From a virus (taxonomy: Duplodnaviria; Heunggongvirae; Uroviricota; Caudoviricetes), in IMG/VR virus record IMGVR_UViG_3300029142_000001, positions 1 to 64,000 of that record: a stretch of DNA of 64,000 nucleotides; one strand, given 5' to 3'. Under the pieces are notes generated by a model, which had not been told where the DNA came from, made no database searches, and worked only from the letters and a program-made list of their open reading frames with translations. Position 1 is the stretch's first letter, and each line of letters opens with the position of its first letter. A program made the translations under genes and the position numbers. Positions 30,194 to 39,796 of this stretch are shown here, in pieces.

Positions 30194-30367
30194 ATCTATA
30201 ATGTATTAACTCTCTGATGATTCCATGAAGGATGAAATTCATATTGAATCAGAGTTTGAACATCGGCAAAATATAGATGTCCTTAAAAGTGAATTTATGA
30301 TACTTCGATTGATTAAATTTCACAGGTTTTTCGAAAGCCGACGAAATACGCAAGACCAAGGGACAGG

Positions 30368-30400
30368 ATTTCCATCTCTGGCGAGGGATGGAAATTTTTT
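30368..30400 (+). terminator. rho-independent terminator
   Basis: 9-bp perfect stem atttccatc/gatggaaat followed by TTTTTT. Confidence 0.65.
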
Positions 30401-30410
30401 ATAAAATAGC

Positions 30411-30438
30411 TTGACTTTTCTTTATTTTTTGATATAAT
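30411..30438 (+). promoter_or_regulatory. promoter (cTTGACTTTt-16-TATAAT)
   Basis: -35 at 30411-30416, -10 at 30433-30438, AAGGAG RBS and ATG at 30458. Confidence 0.6.
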
Positions 30439-30457
30439 AAGGTAAAGGAGATTTATT

Positions 30458-30829
30458 ATGAGTCTTATGACTAACATTCTTGATGTTCCTCAAATTCCGG
30501 GAATGGCTGACGAAGAATATCAGAAGCTGTATAACAGAGTTGAAATTTTTATTCGAGGAATGCGGCGGTGGATCGTAGATGTTAAGGGATATAACCCCGA
30601 AAGAATTTTGAATGATGTGAATTGCCCTTATTGGTGTGAGGCATTTGGAATTCTCCACGCCCTTGAAATTCTTGGATACGGATTTATGGGTCCAGAGAGT
30701 GTTCCGACTCAAAACGGAGAATTCAATCTTAAGTATTGGCTTAATCAAATTCTTCTAAATGTTGCTTATGAGACAGGCTATAAGAGAAATTATTTTGAAA
30801 ATCTAAAAAGGTTAAAAAATGAAAAGTGA
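30458..30829 (+). CDS. hypothetical protein
   Basis: 123-aa ORF directly downstream of the promoter. Confidence 0.5.
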   Translation: MSLMTNILDVPQIPGMADEEYQKLYNRVEIFIRGMRRWIVDVKGYNPERILNDVNCPYWCEAFGILHALEILGYGFMGPESVPTQNGEFNLKYWLNQILLNVAYETGYKRNYFENLKRLKNEK

Positions 30830-30960
30830 TTATATGTTGAAATTACTCAGAAGTATCAAGACTTAATCGGAAATTGATAAAGAAATCCTTTTTATGGCTT
30901 CTCATCATATTCAAAATCTAGAAGAAAAACTGGAAAAACTCGAATCTGGAGATAATAGTA

Positions 30961-31335
30961 ATGGATGCAATTGAAATCAGTAGATGGGGAAAAGATCATT
31001 GGTCTTTGTTTGCATATCTTGGTACAAGAGTGGTTGATTATCAAGGAACTACAAACCCTCAACATATGCGAGGTAAGTTTAATAACATGTGGAAACCAGA
31101 ATATGGATCTAGATTGAAAGGTTATTTTGAAAATAGAGATCCAGAATATCTTCTTGATGATCATGATGATTACGATTGTCTCCATGATATCGAAGCTGCT
31201 GGATTTATCAAAAACAATGGAAGTGGTATTAATCCACTTGTATCTTTTACTGATGAAGGGTATGATGTACTTCTAAAGCTTACGAAACACAAAGCAAGCG
31301 GTGGAAATTTTGCAGAGTTTGAATATAAGGAATAA
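30961..31335 (+). CDS. hypothetical protein
   Basis: 124-aa ORF. Confidence 0.45.
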   Translation: MDAIEISRWGKDHWSLFAYLGTRVVDYQGTTNPQHMRGKFNNMWKPEYGSRLKGYFENRDPEYLLDDHDDYDCLHDIEAAGFIKNNGSGINPLVSFTDEGYDVLLKLTKHKASGGNFAEFEYKE

Positions 31336-31338
31336 TAC

Positions 31339-32313
31339 ATGTCTACACATATTTGTCCGGTAGTACGGATTAAAAAGAGTCCACACCCAAATGCGGATTC
31401 TCTTTCTATTATGGAAATTATGGGATATGAAGTAGCTTTACGGAGTGATGATTGGGAAGATGGTCAATTGGCTGTTCATATTCCTCCTGATTATTGGGTT
31501 CCAGATACTTATCCATTTCAGTTTCTAAAACCAACTTCAACAAAGTGGCAGCGTACTCGAACAAAGAAGTTTCGTGGTCGTTATTCCTATGGATTTTTGA
31601 TTCCTTTGCCTGAAGAATTAAATCTTCAGGTAGGGGATAATGCTATGGAAGCTCTTGGAATCATTCGATATGAAGCACCAGAAAACACTTTTTCTGGAGA
31701 TAATGAATCCGCACCAGAAGGAATTTATCCGAAATACGATATCGAAAACTATCAGAGATACACGGATCTATTGGTAGATGGTGAAACTCAGGTTATTGTA
31801 ACCGAGAAAATTCATGGTGCAAATGCTCGATTTGTATTTACAGACGGGCGTATGCGTGCCGGTACAAGAACTCAATGGAAGAAAAGAGATAGTACCTGTA
31901 TGTGGTGGAGAGCAGTAGAACAAAATCCTTGGATTGAGGAATGGTGTACTGCAAATCCAGACATTACCATATATGGTGAAGTATTTGGTAATGTTCAAAA
32001 TTTAAAGTATGGTGCGATCGGTGGACAAATTTTCTTCCGGGCGTTTGATCTTCTTCAAAATGGTGAATGGATTGATTACACTAATTCCAGAGAAATTGGA
32101 AAGGGTATCGAATGGGTTCCTCTTGTTTATAGTGGACCAATGAACATCGAACTCTTTTCGGAAATCATTTTGGGCAATACTCAATTGATGGATCCAAAGA
32201 ATGCTCATATGATGGAGGGCGTGGTTATTCGTCCATTTGAAGAGATGTATGATTCTTCTGTTGGAAGAGTTATTCTTAAGCTTGTCTCGCCTAGATATTT
32301 GGAGAAGAACTAA
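31339..32313 (+). CDS. RNA ligase, Rnl2-like nucleotidyltransferase domain fused to an N-terminal Myf/EMAP-type tRNA-binding OB domain
   Basis: N-terminal ICPVVRIKKSPHPNADSLSIMEIMGYEVALRSD...QLAVHIP fits the tRNA-binding arm consensus (v.kI...HPnAdkL.v..vd.G); motif I EKIHGANARF matches Rnl2 KIHGTN. Confidence 0.6.
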   Translation: MSTHICPVVRIKKSPHPNADSLSIMEIMGYEVALRSDDWEDGQLAVHIPPDYWVPDTYPFQFLKPTSTKWQRTRTKKFRGRYSYGFLIPLPEELNLQVGDNAMEALGIIRYEAPENTFSGDNESAPEGIYPKYDIENYQRYTDLLVDGETQVIVTEKIHGANARFVFTDGRMRAGTRTQWKKRDSTCMWWRAVEQNPWIEEWCTANPDITIYGEVFGNVQNLKYGAIGGQIFFRAFDLLQNGEWIDYTNSREIGKGIEWVPLVYSGPMNIELFSEIILGNTQLMDPKNAHMMEGVVIRPFEEMYDSSVGRVILKLVSPRYLEKN

Positions 32314-32627
32314 TGGGTGTGTCTATTTTTAAGGTCTCAAATGGAACAAATATAGAAAAGGGAAATCCTAATCCCAAAAATTTTAATATTTTAGAGGTTA
32401 GGGAAATAGATTCATATTTGATTGCTAAAATTAATTTTCCAGATTGTACAAATTACGAGGGAAACAAAATAATTGTTTTCCAAAATATGTCAAGCAAACA
32501 TCTTTATACCCTAAAAGATGTTGACCCACATTTTACAGAGAATAATAGCATAATTGCTAGATTTAGACCAGATGAGCTAGGAATGAAGATGGCAGTTTTG
32601 TTGTGTGTTAATTCAAAAGGATTATAG
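32313..32627 (+). CDS. hypothetical protein
   Basis: 104-aa ORF, ATG overlaps the upstream stop. Confidence 0.4.
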   Translation: MGVSIFKVSNGTNIEKGNPNPKNFNILEVREIDSYLIAKINFPDCTNYEGNKIIVFQNMSSKHLYTLKDVDPHFTENNSIIARFRPDELGMKMAVLLCVNSKGL

Positions 32628-32628
32628 T

Positions 32629-33348
32629 ATGAGTAAAAAAGTCATGTTGGTTATTGCGAATTACAAAGACGAGAGGCAATCTATTTTTGATAATCAAATC
32701 TCTCCGAGAAATCAAGAATTTGCAGATGAACATGGATACGAATATATTGTCAGTAAAGGCGGTGATATATTTCGAGGTAATCCAACATGGTGGAAATTTA
32801 CTATACCTGTACAAATGATTAATGAGGGTGTTCTTCGACAAGAAGACACTCTTTTACATTTAGATGCAGATATGGTTATCACCAGAATCGGTAAAGATTA
32901 TCCTAATGATAAAACTTTTGCATACTCCATTGATAATGGAAATACGCATTGCATGGGAAATTATTCTCTTAAGATCAATGATTGGTCTGTAAATATGATT
33001 CGCCATATTCTTAGTGAAGAACTTTGGATGAAGATGCAAAATGATTATCATTGGTCCAGATTCAGAGAACAAGCTGCTTGGTATACTCTTTCTGGTGTGT
33101 GTCATCATAGCTGGGTTCCATTTTTGGATATGCCGAATTATGGATGGCATTCACACTTTACGGATGAAACTCGATATTCTGTAAGAGAACTACACGAAAG
33201 AGTGCATGTTTTAGGACCAGAATGGAATACGACTCTTGTAAATCCTCAAGAGAGATACTATATTCAACCATCAGACCCAAGCGAAACAATAATTAGACAT
33301 TTTGCTGGTGGTCAAAGATGGGATGTTAGTGATTGGATTTGGGCATGA
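32629..33348 (+). CDS. putative GT-A glycosyltransferase (DxD)
   Basis: LHLDADMVI DxD motif; start placed at MSKKVML after GGATTATAG RBS-like stretch. Confidence 0.4.
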   Translation: MSKKVMLVIANYKDERQSIFDNQISPRNQEFADEHGYEYIVSKGGDIFRGNPTWWKFTIPVQMINEGVLRQEDTLLHLDADMVITRIGKDYPNDKTFAYSIDNGNTHCMGNYSLKINDWSVNMIRHILSEELWMKMQNDYHWSRFREQAAWYTLSGVCHHSWVPFLDMPNYGWHSHFTDETRYSVRELHERVHVLGPEWNTTLVNPQERYYIQPSDPSETIIRHFAGGQRWDVSDWIWA

Positions 33349-34247
33349 AAAAAGATACAATTAGAATATGTTTTGTAGATTTTTGGCCTAATCTGTTCCA
33401 GGACGATAATTATTTTTATAATCTTCTATCAACAAAATACAATGTGATTATTGATTTTGAAAATCCAGATATTGTATTCTATTCTGTTGATTATATGAGG
33501 CGTGGAGATATTCGTAGATACATGGATAAACCATGTAAAAAGATCTATTACACAGGAGAAAACACACTTCCTGATTGGAATGTTGCTGATCTCGGATTCA
33601 CATTCGATTATGCATCACATGGAGGAAAGAACTACAGACTTCCTCTTTGGTCTCTCCTTATTAACTGGTTTGATCGTCCATACATTCAAGAAAGAGATCA
33701 TGCATATCTCCATGATCCAGAATATCTTCTAAATTCTAAGAAATTCTCCGGATTCAAGAATCTATTTTGTAATTTTGTATACACACAACCCAAAGCCCGT
33801 AGAGTTACTATATTCCCTAAATTGACCGAGGCATTTCCGGGTATGATTCATTCTGCTGGATCTGTTTTTAACAACACCGGAACAAAACTTCCCGGTCGTG
33901 GAGATACAAAGGATAAAGTAGATTATTTGTCAAATTTTAAATTTACCATCTCATTTGAGAATCAACAAGCAAGTGGATATCAAACCGAAAAAATATTCCA
34001 TCCAATGATGGTTGGAAGTATTCCAGTTTATTGGGGAAATCCAACTGTAAAGACTGATTTTAATCCAGACTCTTTCATCAATGCAAATACCATGACTGAT
34101 GAAGAGGTTATACATAGAATGCGTGAAATTCATGAAGATGATGAGCTATATCAGCATATCTTATCTCAACCGTGGTTTCACGATAATAAGTTTCCAGATT
34201 TTATCATGCCCACTAATGTTCTTGCAAAGATAGAGAGTATTTTATGA
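33345..34247 (+). CDS. alpha-1,3-fucosyltransferase-like (GT10)
   Basis: FKFTISFENQQASGYQTEKIFHPMMVGSIPVYWG matches the GT10 FxLxFEN...DYxTEK motif. Confidence 0.55.
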   Translation: MKKDTIRICFVDFWPNLFQDDNYFYNLLSTKYNVIIDFENPDIVFYSVDYMRRGDIRRYMDKPCKKIYYTGENTLPDWNVADLGFTFDYASHGGKNYRLPLWSLLINWFDRPYIQERDHAYLHDPEYLLNSKKFSGFKNLFCNFVYTQPKARRVTIFPKLTEAFPGMIHSAGSVFNNTGTKLPGRGDTKDKVDYLSNFKFTISFENQQASGYQTEKIFHPMMVGSIPVYWGNPTVKTDFNPDSFINANTMTDEEVIHRMREIHEDDELYQHILSQPWFHDNKFPDFIMPTNVLAKIESIL

Positions 34248-34909
34248 TTCCAACAACTTATGTTTTACATTATGATAAATTGCCAGAGAGAAGACAATTT
34301 ATGGAATATCAATTTGAACATCAAAAATTTTGTGATGTTGTTTGGTATACCGATGAGGAAGATAATCTAGAAGGAATTTACGATGGTGTAAACTCTTCTA
34401 GATTTACTGAAAAGGTCCGGATTGGTGGTTGGAATACAGAAGAACATCGTCCCCGATTTTTAAATCAAGCAGAAATATCATTAACAGCAAAATTCGGAAG
34501 AGTTTTTAGATTGATCGCAGAAAATCCAAATCCATATTCTTTGCTGTTTGAAGATGATGCTTGTTTATGCCCACATTTTCTTCAAAATATGAATTTATAT
34601 TTGCATAACACTCCAGATGATTGGGATGTTATCTATATGGGATCTGGTGCAAATTTACATCCTAAAAATCTTGAAATTGGAAAATATGCATATTTGATGG
34701 ATCATCCAGCTTCTCGTTGTGCAGATTCTATTCTTATCAAAAGAGAAGCGGCCAAGAAACTCGCAGATGATTTCTTTCCGTTTGATCTCTGTTCAGATTG
34801 GGAAATTGGATATCTTCAGGCAAAACATAAAATGAATGTTTATTGGTGGGAACCTTCTTTGGTTCATCAAGGATCTGAAACTAATCTCTTTAATTCTTCT
34901 CTAAGGTAA
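34244..34909 (+). CDS. glycosyltransferase family 25 (LPS/LOS-type)
   Basis: YVLHYDKLPERRQFMEYQF N-terminal and LLFEDDACLCPHF motif typical of GT25. Confidence 0.5.
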   Translation: MIPTTYVLHYDKLPERRQFMEYQFEHQKFCDVVWYTDEEDNLEGIYDGVNSSRFTEKVRIGGWNTEEHRPRFLNQAEISLTAKFGRVFRLIAENPNPYSLLFEDDACLCPHFLQNMNLYLHNTPDDWDVIYMGSGANLHPKNLEIGKYAYLMDHPASRCADSILIKREAAKKLADDFFPFDLCSDWEIGYLQAKHKMNVYWWEPSLVHQGSETNLFNSSLR

Positions 34910-34915
34910 AAGTAT

Positions 34916-35497
34916 ATGTCAGAAAGATACATCATAACCCCAGGAGCGTGTGGAACACATGCTCTTATAGATTTTATGGGGTCAAGCTATTCGAAACGAG
35001 ATCATCATCGTAGAAACTCAAATAGCTTTCAGGCAAATTCAAAAATTGTGTATCTTTTTGCAAATCCATATGATACCATTCTTTCTTTTTTCAGGAGAAA
35101 CGATCAAGGAGGAAAATTCCTTGAATCTCATTGCAAACATATGGAAGGAAATGATGGATATTTCCATAAGAAGAAAATTACACTGGAAGAGTTTTTGAAA
35201 GATCCCAATGATCCTTTCATGCTGGAAGATCATTATCTGGAGTATGTAAATAATGTAAATAGAAACTATGATCTTCTGGTTGTAAGATATGATACTCTTA
35301 AATATGAAGGTCCAAAATCGATTATTGATTTTTGGGGATTGGATATCGATCCATCCAAATTTAAATTTATAAAAAGAAATTCTTGTTGGACTGATCAGTC
35401 AGAAGAAATACAGGATCTTTTTTATCAGAAATATGGAAAGTTCAAAGACATGTATGATCAGCTTCCTAATTCCCAATTGTATAAGAGAGAAAATTAA
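34916..35497 (+). CDS. putative sulfotransferase
   Basis: IITPGACGTHAL (5'-PSB-like P-loop) and LFANPYDTILSFF (3'-PB RNPxD-like) motifs. Confidence 0.4.
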   Translation: MSERYIITPGACGTHALIDFMGSSYSKRDHHRRNSNSFQANSKIVYLFANPYDTILSFFRRNDQGGKFLESHCKHMEGNDGYFHKKKITLEEFLKDPNDPFMLEDHYLEYVNNVNRNYDLLVVRYDTLKYEGPKSIIDFWGLDIDPSKFKFIKRNSCWTDQSEEIQDLFYQKYGKFKDMYDQLPNSQLYKREN

Positions 35498-36465
35498 TGA
35501 AAAAAATTGTATTTTATTCTGATCATTGTGATATTCGAGGAACTGGAATTACCATTTTTGAATTCGCTATTGGATGTCGAGATATTCTTGGTCATGATGT
35601 TCTTTGTGCTTTTTCCAGAAATAACAAGCACAATCATCCAGACGCAATCAAAAAATTTGAAGATCATGGACTTACAATGGCATGGTTTGATGATGTTCAT
35701 CAAGCAAAGAATATTATTCCGAGTCTTGGCTATGAGTATGTTTTTCAGATTCGAAGTGAGGGGTATAACCCGGATTATGATTTTCCTGGTATGAAGAATT
35801 TGATTCAACAAACAGGTGTTCGAACTCCTGCAAGTCAAGCCTATGGTCATAGATATTCCCATGTATCTCGATGGGTAGATAAATTTTGTGGTGGTGATGG
35901 ATCAAATGCTGTTCCAATCCCTATTCGTCTTCATGAAACAAAAGAAGATTTGAGAGAAGAATTAGGAATTCCTAAAGAAATGACTATTTTTGCAAGAACT
36001 GGTGGTGAAGATACTTGGAATCTTTGGTTTGCTAATAATGCAATTGTAAAGGCTTTGGAACAAAATGAAAATATAGGATTTTTGTTCCAAAATACTCCGA
36101 ATGTTCCCTCTCATCCAAGAATATTTCATGCAAGAACAACAGCAGATGCAGAGTATAAAAGAAAATTTATTAACACATCTGATTTTATGCTTCATTGTCG
36201 AGTAGAAGGAGAATCTTTTGGAGTTGCTGTTGCTGAATTTTCATCTGCAAATAAACCTGTAATCACATGGTCAGAATCACGAGAAAGAGCCCATATAGAT
36301 TATTTGGGTTCTAAGATGTATCAATATACGACTGAAGATCAATTGGTCAATCTTTTAATTTATTTTGATCGTGGAGGGAAAGCAAAAATAGGTGATTGGA
36401 ATGCATATGAAGATTTCACTTCAGAAAAGATCATGAAAACATTTGAAAGGATCTACCTATCATGA
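35497..36465 (+). CDS. glycosyltransferase, GT-B fold
   Basis: EGESFGVAVAEFSSANKPVI matches the E..FG...EA...G.PVI donor-binding motif. Confidence 0.5.
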   Translation: MKKIVFYSDHCDIRGTGITIFEFAIGCRDILGHDVLCAFSRNNKHNHPDAIKKFEDHGLTMAWFDDVHQAKNIIPSLGYEYVFQIRSEGYNPDYDFPGMKNLIQQTGVRTPASQAYGHRYSHVSRWVDKFCGGDGSNAVPIPIRLHETKEDLREELGIPKEMTIFARTGGEDTWNLWFANNAIVKALEQNENIGFLFQNTPNVPSHPRIFHARTTADAEYKRKFINTSDFMLHCRVEGESFGVAVAEFSSANKPVITWSESRERAHIDYLGSKMYQYTTEDQLVNLLIYFDRGGKAKIGDWNAYEDFTSEKIMKTFERIYLS

Positions 36466-37265
36466 GAAATGAACTAACTGTACTTATTCCTACACATGCA
36501 GTCAAGGTTGAACAGATTGGACCATACAAAAATCATCGTCAACAAAATCGAACCGCTCCATATACCGATTTGATTGAAAAGGTGATCAAAAACATTCAAG
36601 AATCATTAACTTTATTTGATTTACAATTTGTGATTGGATTGGATCATAAAGAAGACGATGATCTTTCTTGTGAGTATTTGGAAAATCTCAAGAAATTGGG
36701 CCATACTGTGATAACAACAGATTCTAAACTTGAAGATAAACCTCTTACAACTGTTACAGCAACTAGAAACTTTTTGAATCTCATTGATCATTCTCCTACC
36801 GAATGGTTTATGTTATGGGAGCATGATTGGGTATTTTCAGATTCTGACTTTATTCGAGAAAAGCAAGAATCTATTTTAGCAAGTACATTATGGCATACTC
36901 CATTGGGAAGAGATGTCATGCTTAGATTTAACCAAAGAGAAAATAAAACATATGAAGGCCATGAATTTGTATGGGTTGAATATGAATCTCCAGAAACAAA
37001 AGGCCAAGTTTTAAGAACAAGTCTCTATTCTAATAATCCATTCATCACCAGTAAAACATATTGGAAAAAATTCTTCGAGCCATATGCAAGAGAAATTCCT
37101 GATTGGTGGGGAGAACATGGGGCATTTATTGAAGGTCCAATCAATAGAAATCTTAAAGAAAAACACAATGTAGAAGATTATACGATTAACCTATTTGGAA
37201 ATATGGGAATGAAAGCCTCAGTTCATCATTTAAACGGGCAAGTATGGGATAATAGAAATGACTAA
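36462..37265 (+). CDS. hypothetical protein, possible GT2-like glycosyltransferase
   Basis: ELTVLIPTHA resembles the GT2 N-terminal strand; weak. Confidence 0.3.
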   Translation: MRNELTVLIPTHAVKVEQIGPYKNHRQQNRTAPYTDLIEKVIKNIQESLTLFDLQFVIGLDHKEDDDLSCEYLENLKKLGHTVITTDSKLEDKPLTTVTATRNFLNLIDHSPTEWFMLWEHDWVFSDSDFIREKQESILASTLWHTPLGRDVMLRFNQRENKTYEGHEFVWVEYESPETKGQVLRTSLYSNNPFITSKTYWKKFFEPYAREIPDWWGEHGAFIEGPINRNLKEKHNVEDYTINLFGNMGMKASVHHLNGQVWDNRND

Positions 37266-38151
37266 AAAAATTGCGATGTTTTGGGATTATGATCCAAATC
37301 AACCAGATCAATGGTGCACTCCTTATGGGATTTATAGTCATCTCAAAAATGTTTTTCGATATGAGATGAGGCAATATTGTACTCTTAAAGGAGACAAGAC
37401 AAAAGGATTCAGAGATTATCTTGAAGATGATTTTCAAGCTGATGCTCTTGTTCTTTTTAATGCTGGACCACTTCCAGGAGCAGAAAATTACTGGAATAAA
37501 GAAGTTATGGGAGATGCTCTATTAATTCAAGAAGCTGGTGATGAACCTCAATGCTATAATCACACTCTTTCATTTAGTACAAATTCTGATCTTGTCCTCA
37601 CTCCCGATCTCCGATGTGTAGAGATGTATGAAACTCGTGGAGTTAATGTTGAATGGATGACTCATTGGTGTGATGAAAAGATTTTTTTCGACAAACCAGA
37701 TCAAGAAATTACAAATGATGTTGTCAGTTCTATGTGTGGAGGAAGACAAAGAGCAAGTGTCATTCAAAATCTTGTTGGTCCAGAAAAATTTAAAAATGCG
37801 ACTGGATTAATCGGATTGCAAAATGGAGAATGGCTTCGAACAGGAAAAATTATTCTCCAAGATTCTAGATATGATGAAATAACCAGAAGAATTTTCGAAG
37901 GTATGGGATGTAAAAGAATGGTCCTGACAGATAGGATTTCGAAGGATACAGGACTTGAAGATCTTTTTGTTGATAGAGAGGATATCGTATATTACGACTC
38001 ACCAGAACATGCGGTTGAACTTATTGAGTACTATCTTAAGAATGATTCTGAAAGAGAAAGAATAGCCGAAAATGGCTATTTAAAGGTCATGGAGGGGCAT
38101 ACTTCTCTCCATAGAGCAGATCAAATTTCTCAATTTATTTTATCAAATTGA
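37258..38151 (+). CDS. CgeB-like glycosyltransferase (putative)
   Basis: C-terminal EHAVELIEYYLKNDSERERIAENGYLKVMEGHT resembles the Glyco_trans_1_2/CgeB C-terminus. Confidence 0.4.
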   Translation: MTKKIAMFWDYDPNQPDQWCTPYGIYSHLKNVFRYEMRQYCTLKGDKTKGFRDYLEDDFQADALVLFNAGPLPGAENYWNKEVMGDALLIQEAGDEPQCYNHTLSFSTNSDLVLTPDLRCVEMYETRGVNVEWMTHWCDEKIFFDKPDQEITNDVVSSMCGGRQRASVIQNLVGPEKFKNATGLIGLQNGEWLRTGKIILQDSRYDEITRRIFEGMGCKRMVLTDRISKDTGLEDLFVDREDIVYYDSPEHAVELIEYYLKNDSERERIAENGYLKVMEGHTSLHRADQISQFILSN

Positions 38152-38153
38152 CT

Positions 38154-38181
38154 TGACTTTTACATGTTTTTCTCCTATACT
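38154..38181 (+). promoter_or_regulatory. promoter (TTGACTTT-16-TATACT) with conserved RBS cassette
   Basis: -35 at 38154-38159, -10 at 38176-38181, GGAAAGGAGAA RBS. Confidence 0.6.
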
Positions 38182-38200
38182 ATGGGAAAGGAGAAATACC

Positions 38201-38416
38201 ATGAATATGGATACTATTAAAACTCTTCTCCAAGAAGGAATCCACGATGTTACATCTGATTCACCTGACTTTTATGAGCGTGATTCTAGAGAATGTATGA
38301 GAATTGCCCGTATGGAAAATGGATTTATTTCATTGATTGGTATTCTCGTTGAAAACGGCATTCTCAAAGAAGATGATGTCCTTAAGATTGAAATGGATAT
38401 TTATCATACTTATTAA
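38201..38416 (+). CDS. small early protein
   Basis: 72 aa; start chosen downstream of the promoter/RBS cassette. Confidence 0.5.
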   Translation: MNMDTIKTLLQEGIHDVTSDSPDFYERDSRECMRIARMENGFISLIGILVENGILKEDDVLKIEMDIYHTY

Positions 38417-38444
38417 ATATTTTCCTGGAAGTGTTTGACTTTCA

Positions 38445-38472
38445 GGGATTTTAACATAGTATACAAAAAGGA
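38445..38472 (+). promoter_or_regulatory. promoter (TTGACTTT-16-TAGTAT) embedded in an imperfect terminator hairpin
   Basis: cctggaag...ctttcaggga-tttt hairpin around the -35 at 38445-38450. Confidence 0.45.
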
Positions 38473-38480
38473 AAATTATC

Positions 38481-38897
38481 ATGAACATTGTTGATTTTAC
38501 ATTTGGAATTGCACCTTCTGTCCAAGCAATCGCTCAGATGCTTAATGGTCGGAGTGAAGAAATGAGTTCTTCCCTTACTCCACTTACTCTTTTTAAAACT
38601 TCCCCTTGGTATAATGGCCGAGAAAGGGGAATGGTATTCACTCTTGGAATTCCTGAAATTTGTAAGAGTATGAATATCGTGGTATTCGAACATCGTAACG
38701 GTGGTGGACTATGTGGTTATGCTTGGATTACAGATAGTGCATATTATCTAAATCCCCCATCTCTTAATGATTCACTTGATCGTATCTATGAAGACGAAGA
38801 AACAATTTCATTTTTCTGTTCTGAAAATGAAATTAATGAAATGGCAGAGCGTATTTATGACACTTTTTCTGAATTTATTGATGAATATGTAGATTAA
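38481..38897 (+). CDS. hypothetical early protein
   Basis: 138-aa ORF with AAAGGAAAAT RBS. Confidence 0.5.
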   Translation: MNIVDFTFGIAPSVQAIAQMLNGRSEEMSSSLTPLTLFKTSPWYNGRERGMVFTLGIPEICKSMNIVVFEHRNGGGLCGYAWITDSAYYLNPPSLNDSLDRIYEDEETISFFCSENEINEMAERIYDTFSEFIDEYVD

Positions 38898-38902
38898 ATT
38901 GT

Positions 38903-38931
38903 TTGACTTTTGCATGTTTTACTACTATACT
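38903..38931 (+). promoter_or_regulatory. promoter (TTGACTTT-17-TATACT), near-identical cassette to 38154
   Basis: ttgacttttgcatgttttactactatactatgggaaaggagaatt is a close copy of the 38154 cassette. Confidence 0.6.
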
Positions 38932-38950
38932 ATGGGAAAGGAGAATTATC

Positions 38951-39154
38951 ATGTTGACTCAAGGAACCATTCTTGTTGCCCCCGCTGGAAACTTTATTCT
39001 CGGGGCCATTACAATTTATCCGGATCCTATTGATAATACTCCAGTTATTGAAATTCCTGCTACGCATATAGGAACAAATCAAACTCATATGTTGAATGTT
39101 GAGTCAACTCTTCAAAATATTGCTGAAGGCGTGATTAAAATTCATGAGAAATAA
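38951..39154 (+). CDS. small early protein
   Basis: 67 aa downstream of the cassette. Confidence 0.5.
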   Translation: MLTQGTILVAPAGNFILGAITIYPDPIDNTPVIEIPATHIGTNQTHMLNVESTLQNIAEGVIKIHEK

Positions 39155-39166
39155 AGGTAAATAAAA

Positions 39167-39571
39167 ATGAGAAAATTGTATGTTACATATGAAATGAACT
39201 GTTTTGAAGATACATCCAATCATTATGGCCCAGGGGCTTATGATTATGAATGGAGTACTCGATACGATCCTGAATTAACAGCAGTTTATTCTGAATTTCC
39301 TGAAAACTTTCAGTTTTCCTATGAAAAGTTTTCTGTTGATTTTGATTCAACTGAAGTTTATGTTCTTGCTGTTGTTTATTCAAGTGGTGATACTTTCGGT
39401 AATTCTTCGGGAAATCTTGCAATTGTTGGTATTTATGAAACAATTGAACAGGCTAGAGAAATTGAGAAAAGCATTCTTTCGAATACTTTTGATCCTGAAA
39501 AATATCATCCTTGGGGTGGTTATTTTGAAAGAATTGAAGAAATTAAGATTGAGAAATTTGGAGTTATGTAA
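39167..39571 (+). CDS. hypothetical acidic protein
   Basis: 134-aa ORF. Confidence 0.45.
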   Translation: MRKLYVTYEMNCFEDTSNHYGPGAYDYEWSTRYDPELTAVYSEFPENFQFSYEKFSVDFDSTEVYVLAVVYSSGDTFGNSSGNLAIVGIYETIEQAREIEKSILSNTFDPEKYHPWGGYFERIEEIKIEKFGVM

Positions 39572-39763
39572 TGAAATATGAAAGCGTAAAAGATATTCCA
39601 GATGAACTATTAATCTCTTTGTGTAGGCGTAATCTTAATAAGTGTTGGCTTGATGATTTCACCACTACAATGCTTGTAAATGAGCTTGCACTTCGAATGC
39701 AAATTCGGAACGAGGAATTGCATAATTGCAAGAAAGATCAATACTAAAACATTCCCTGAAAGC

Positions 39764-39791
39764 TTGACTTTCGGGGATTTTTTGATATAAT
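39764..39791 (+). promoter_or_regulatory. promoter (TTGACTTT-16-TATAAT) with -35 in the loop of a terminator-like hairpin
   Basis: ccctgaaag(cttgac)tttcgggg followed by TTTTTT; -10 at 39786-39791. Confidence 0.55.
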
Positions 39792-39796
39792 AGATT

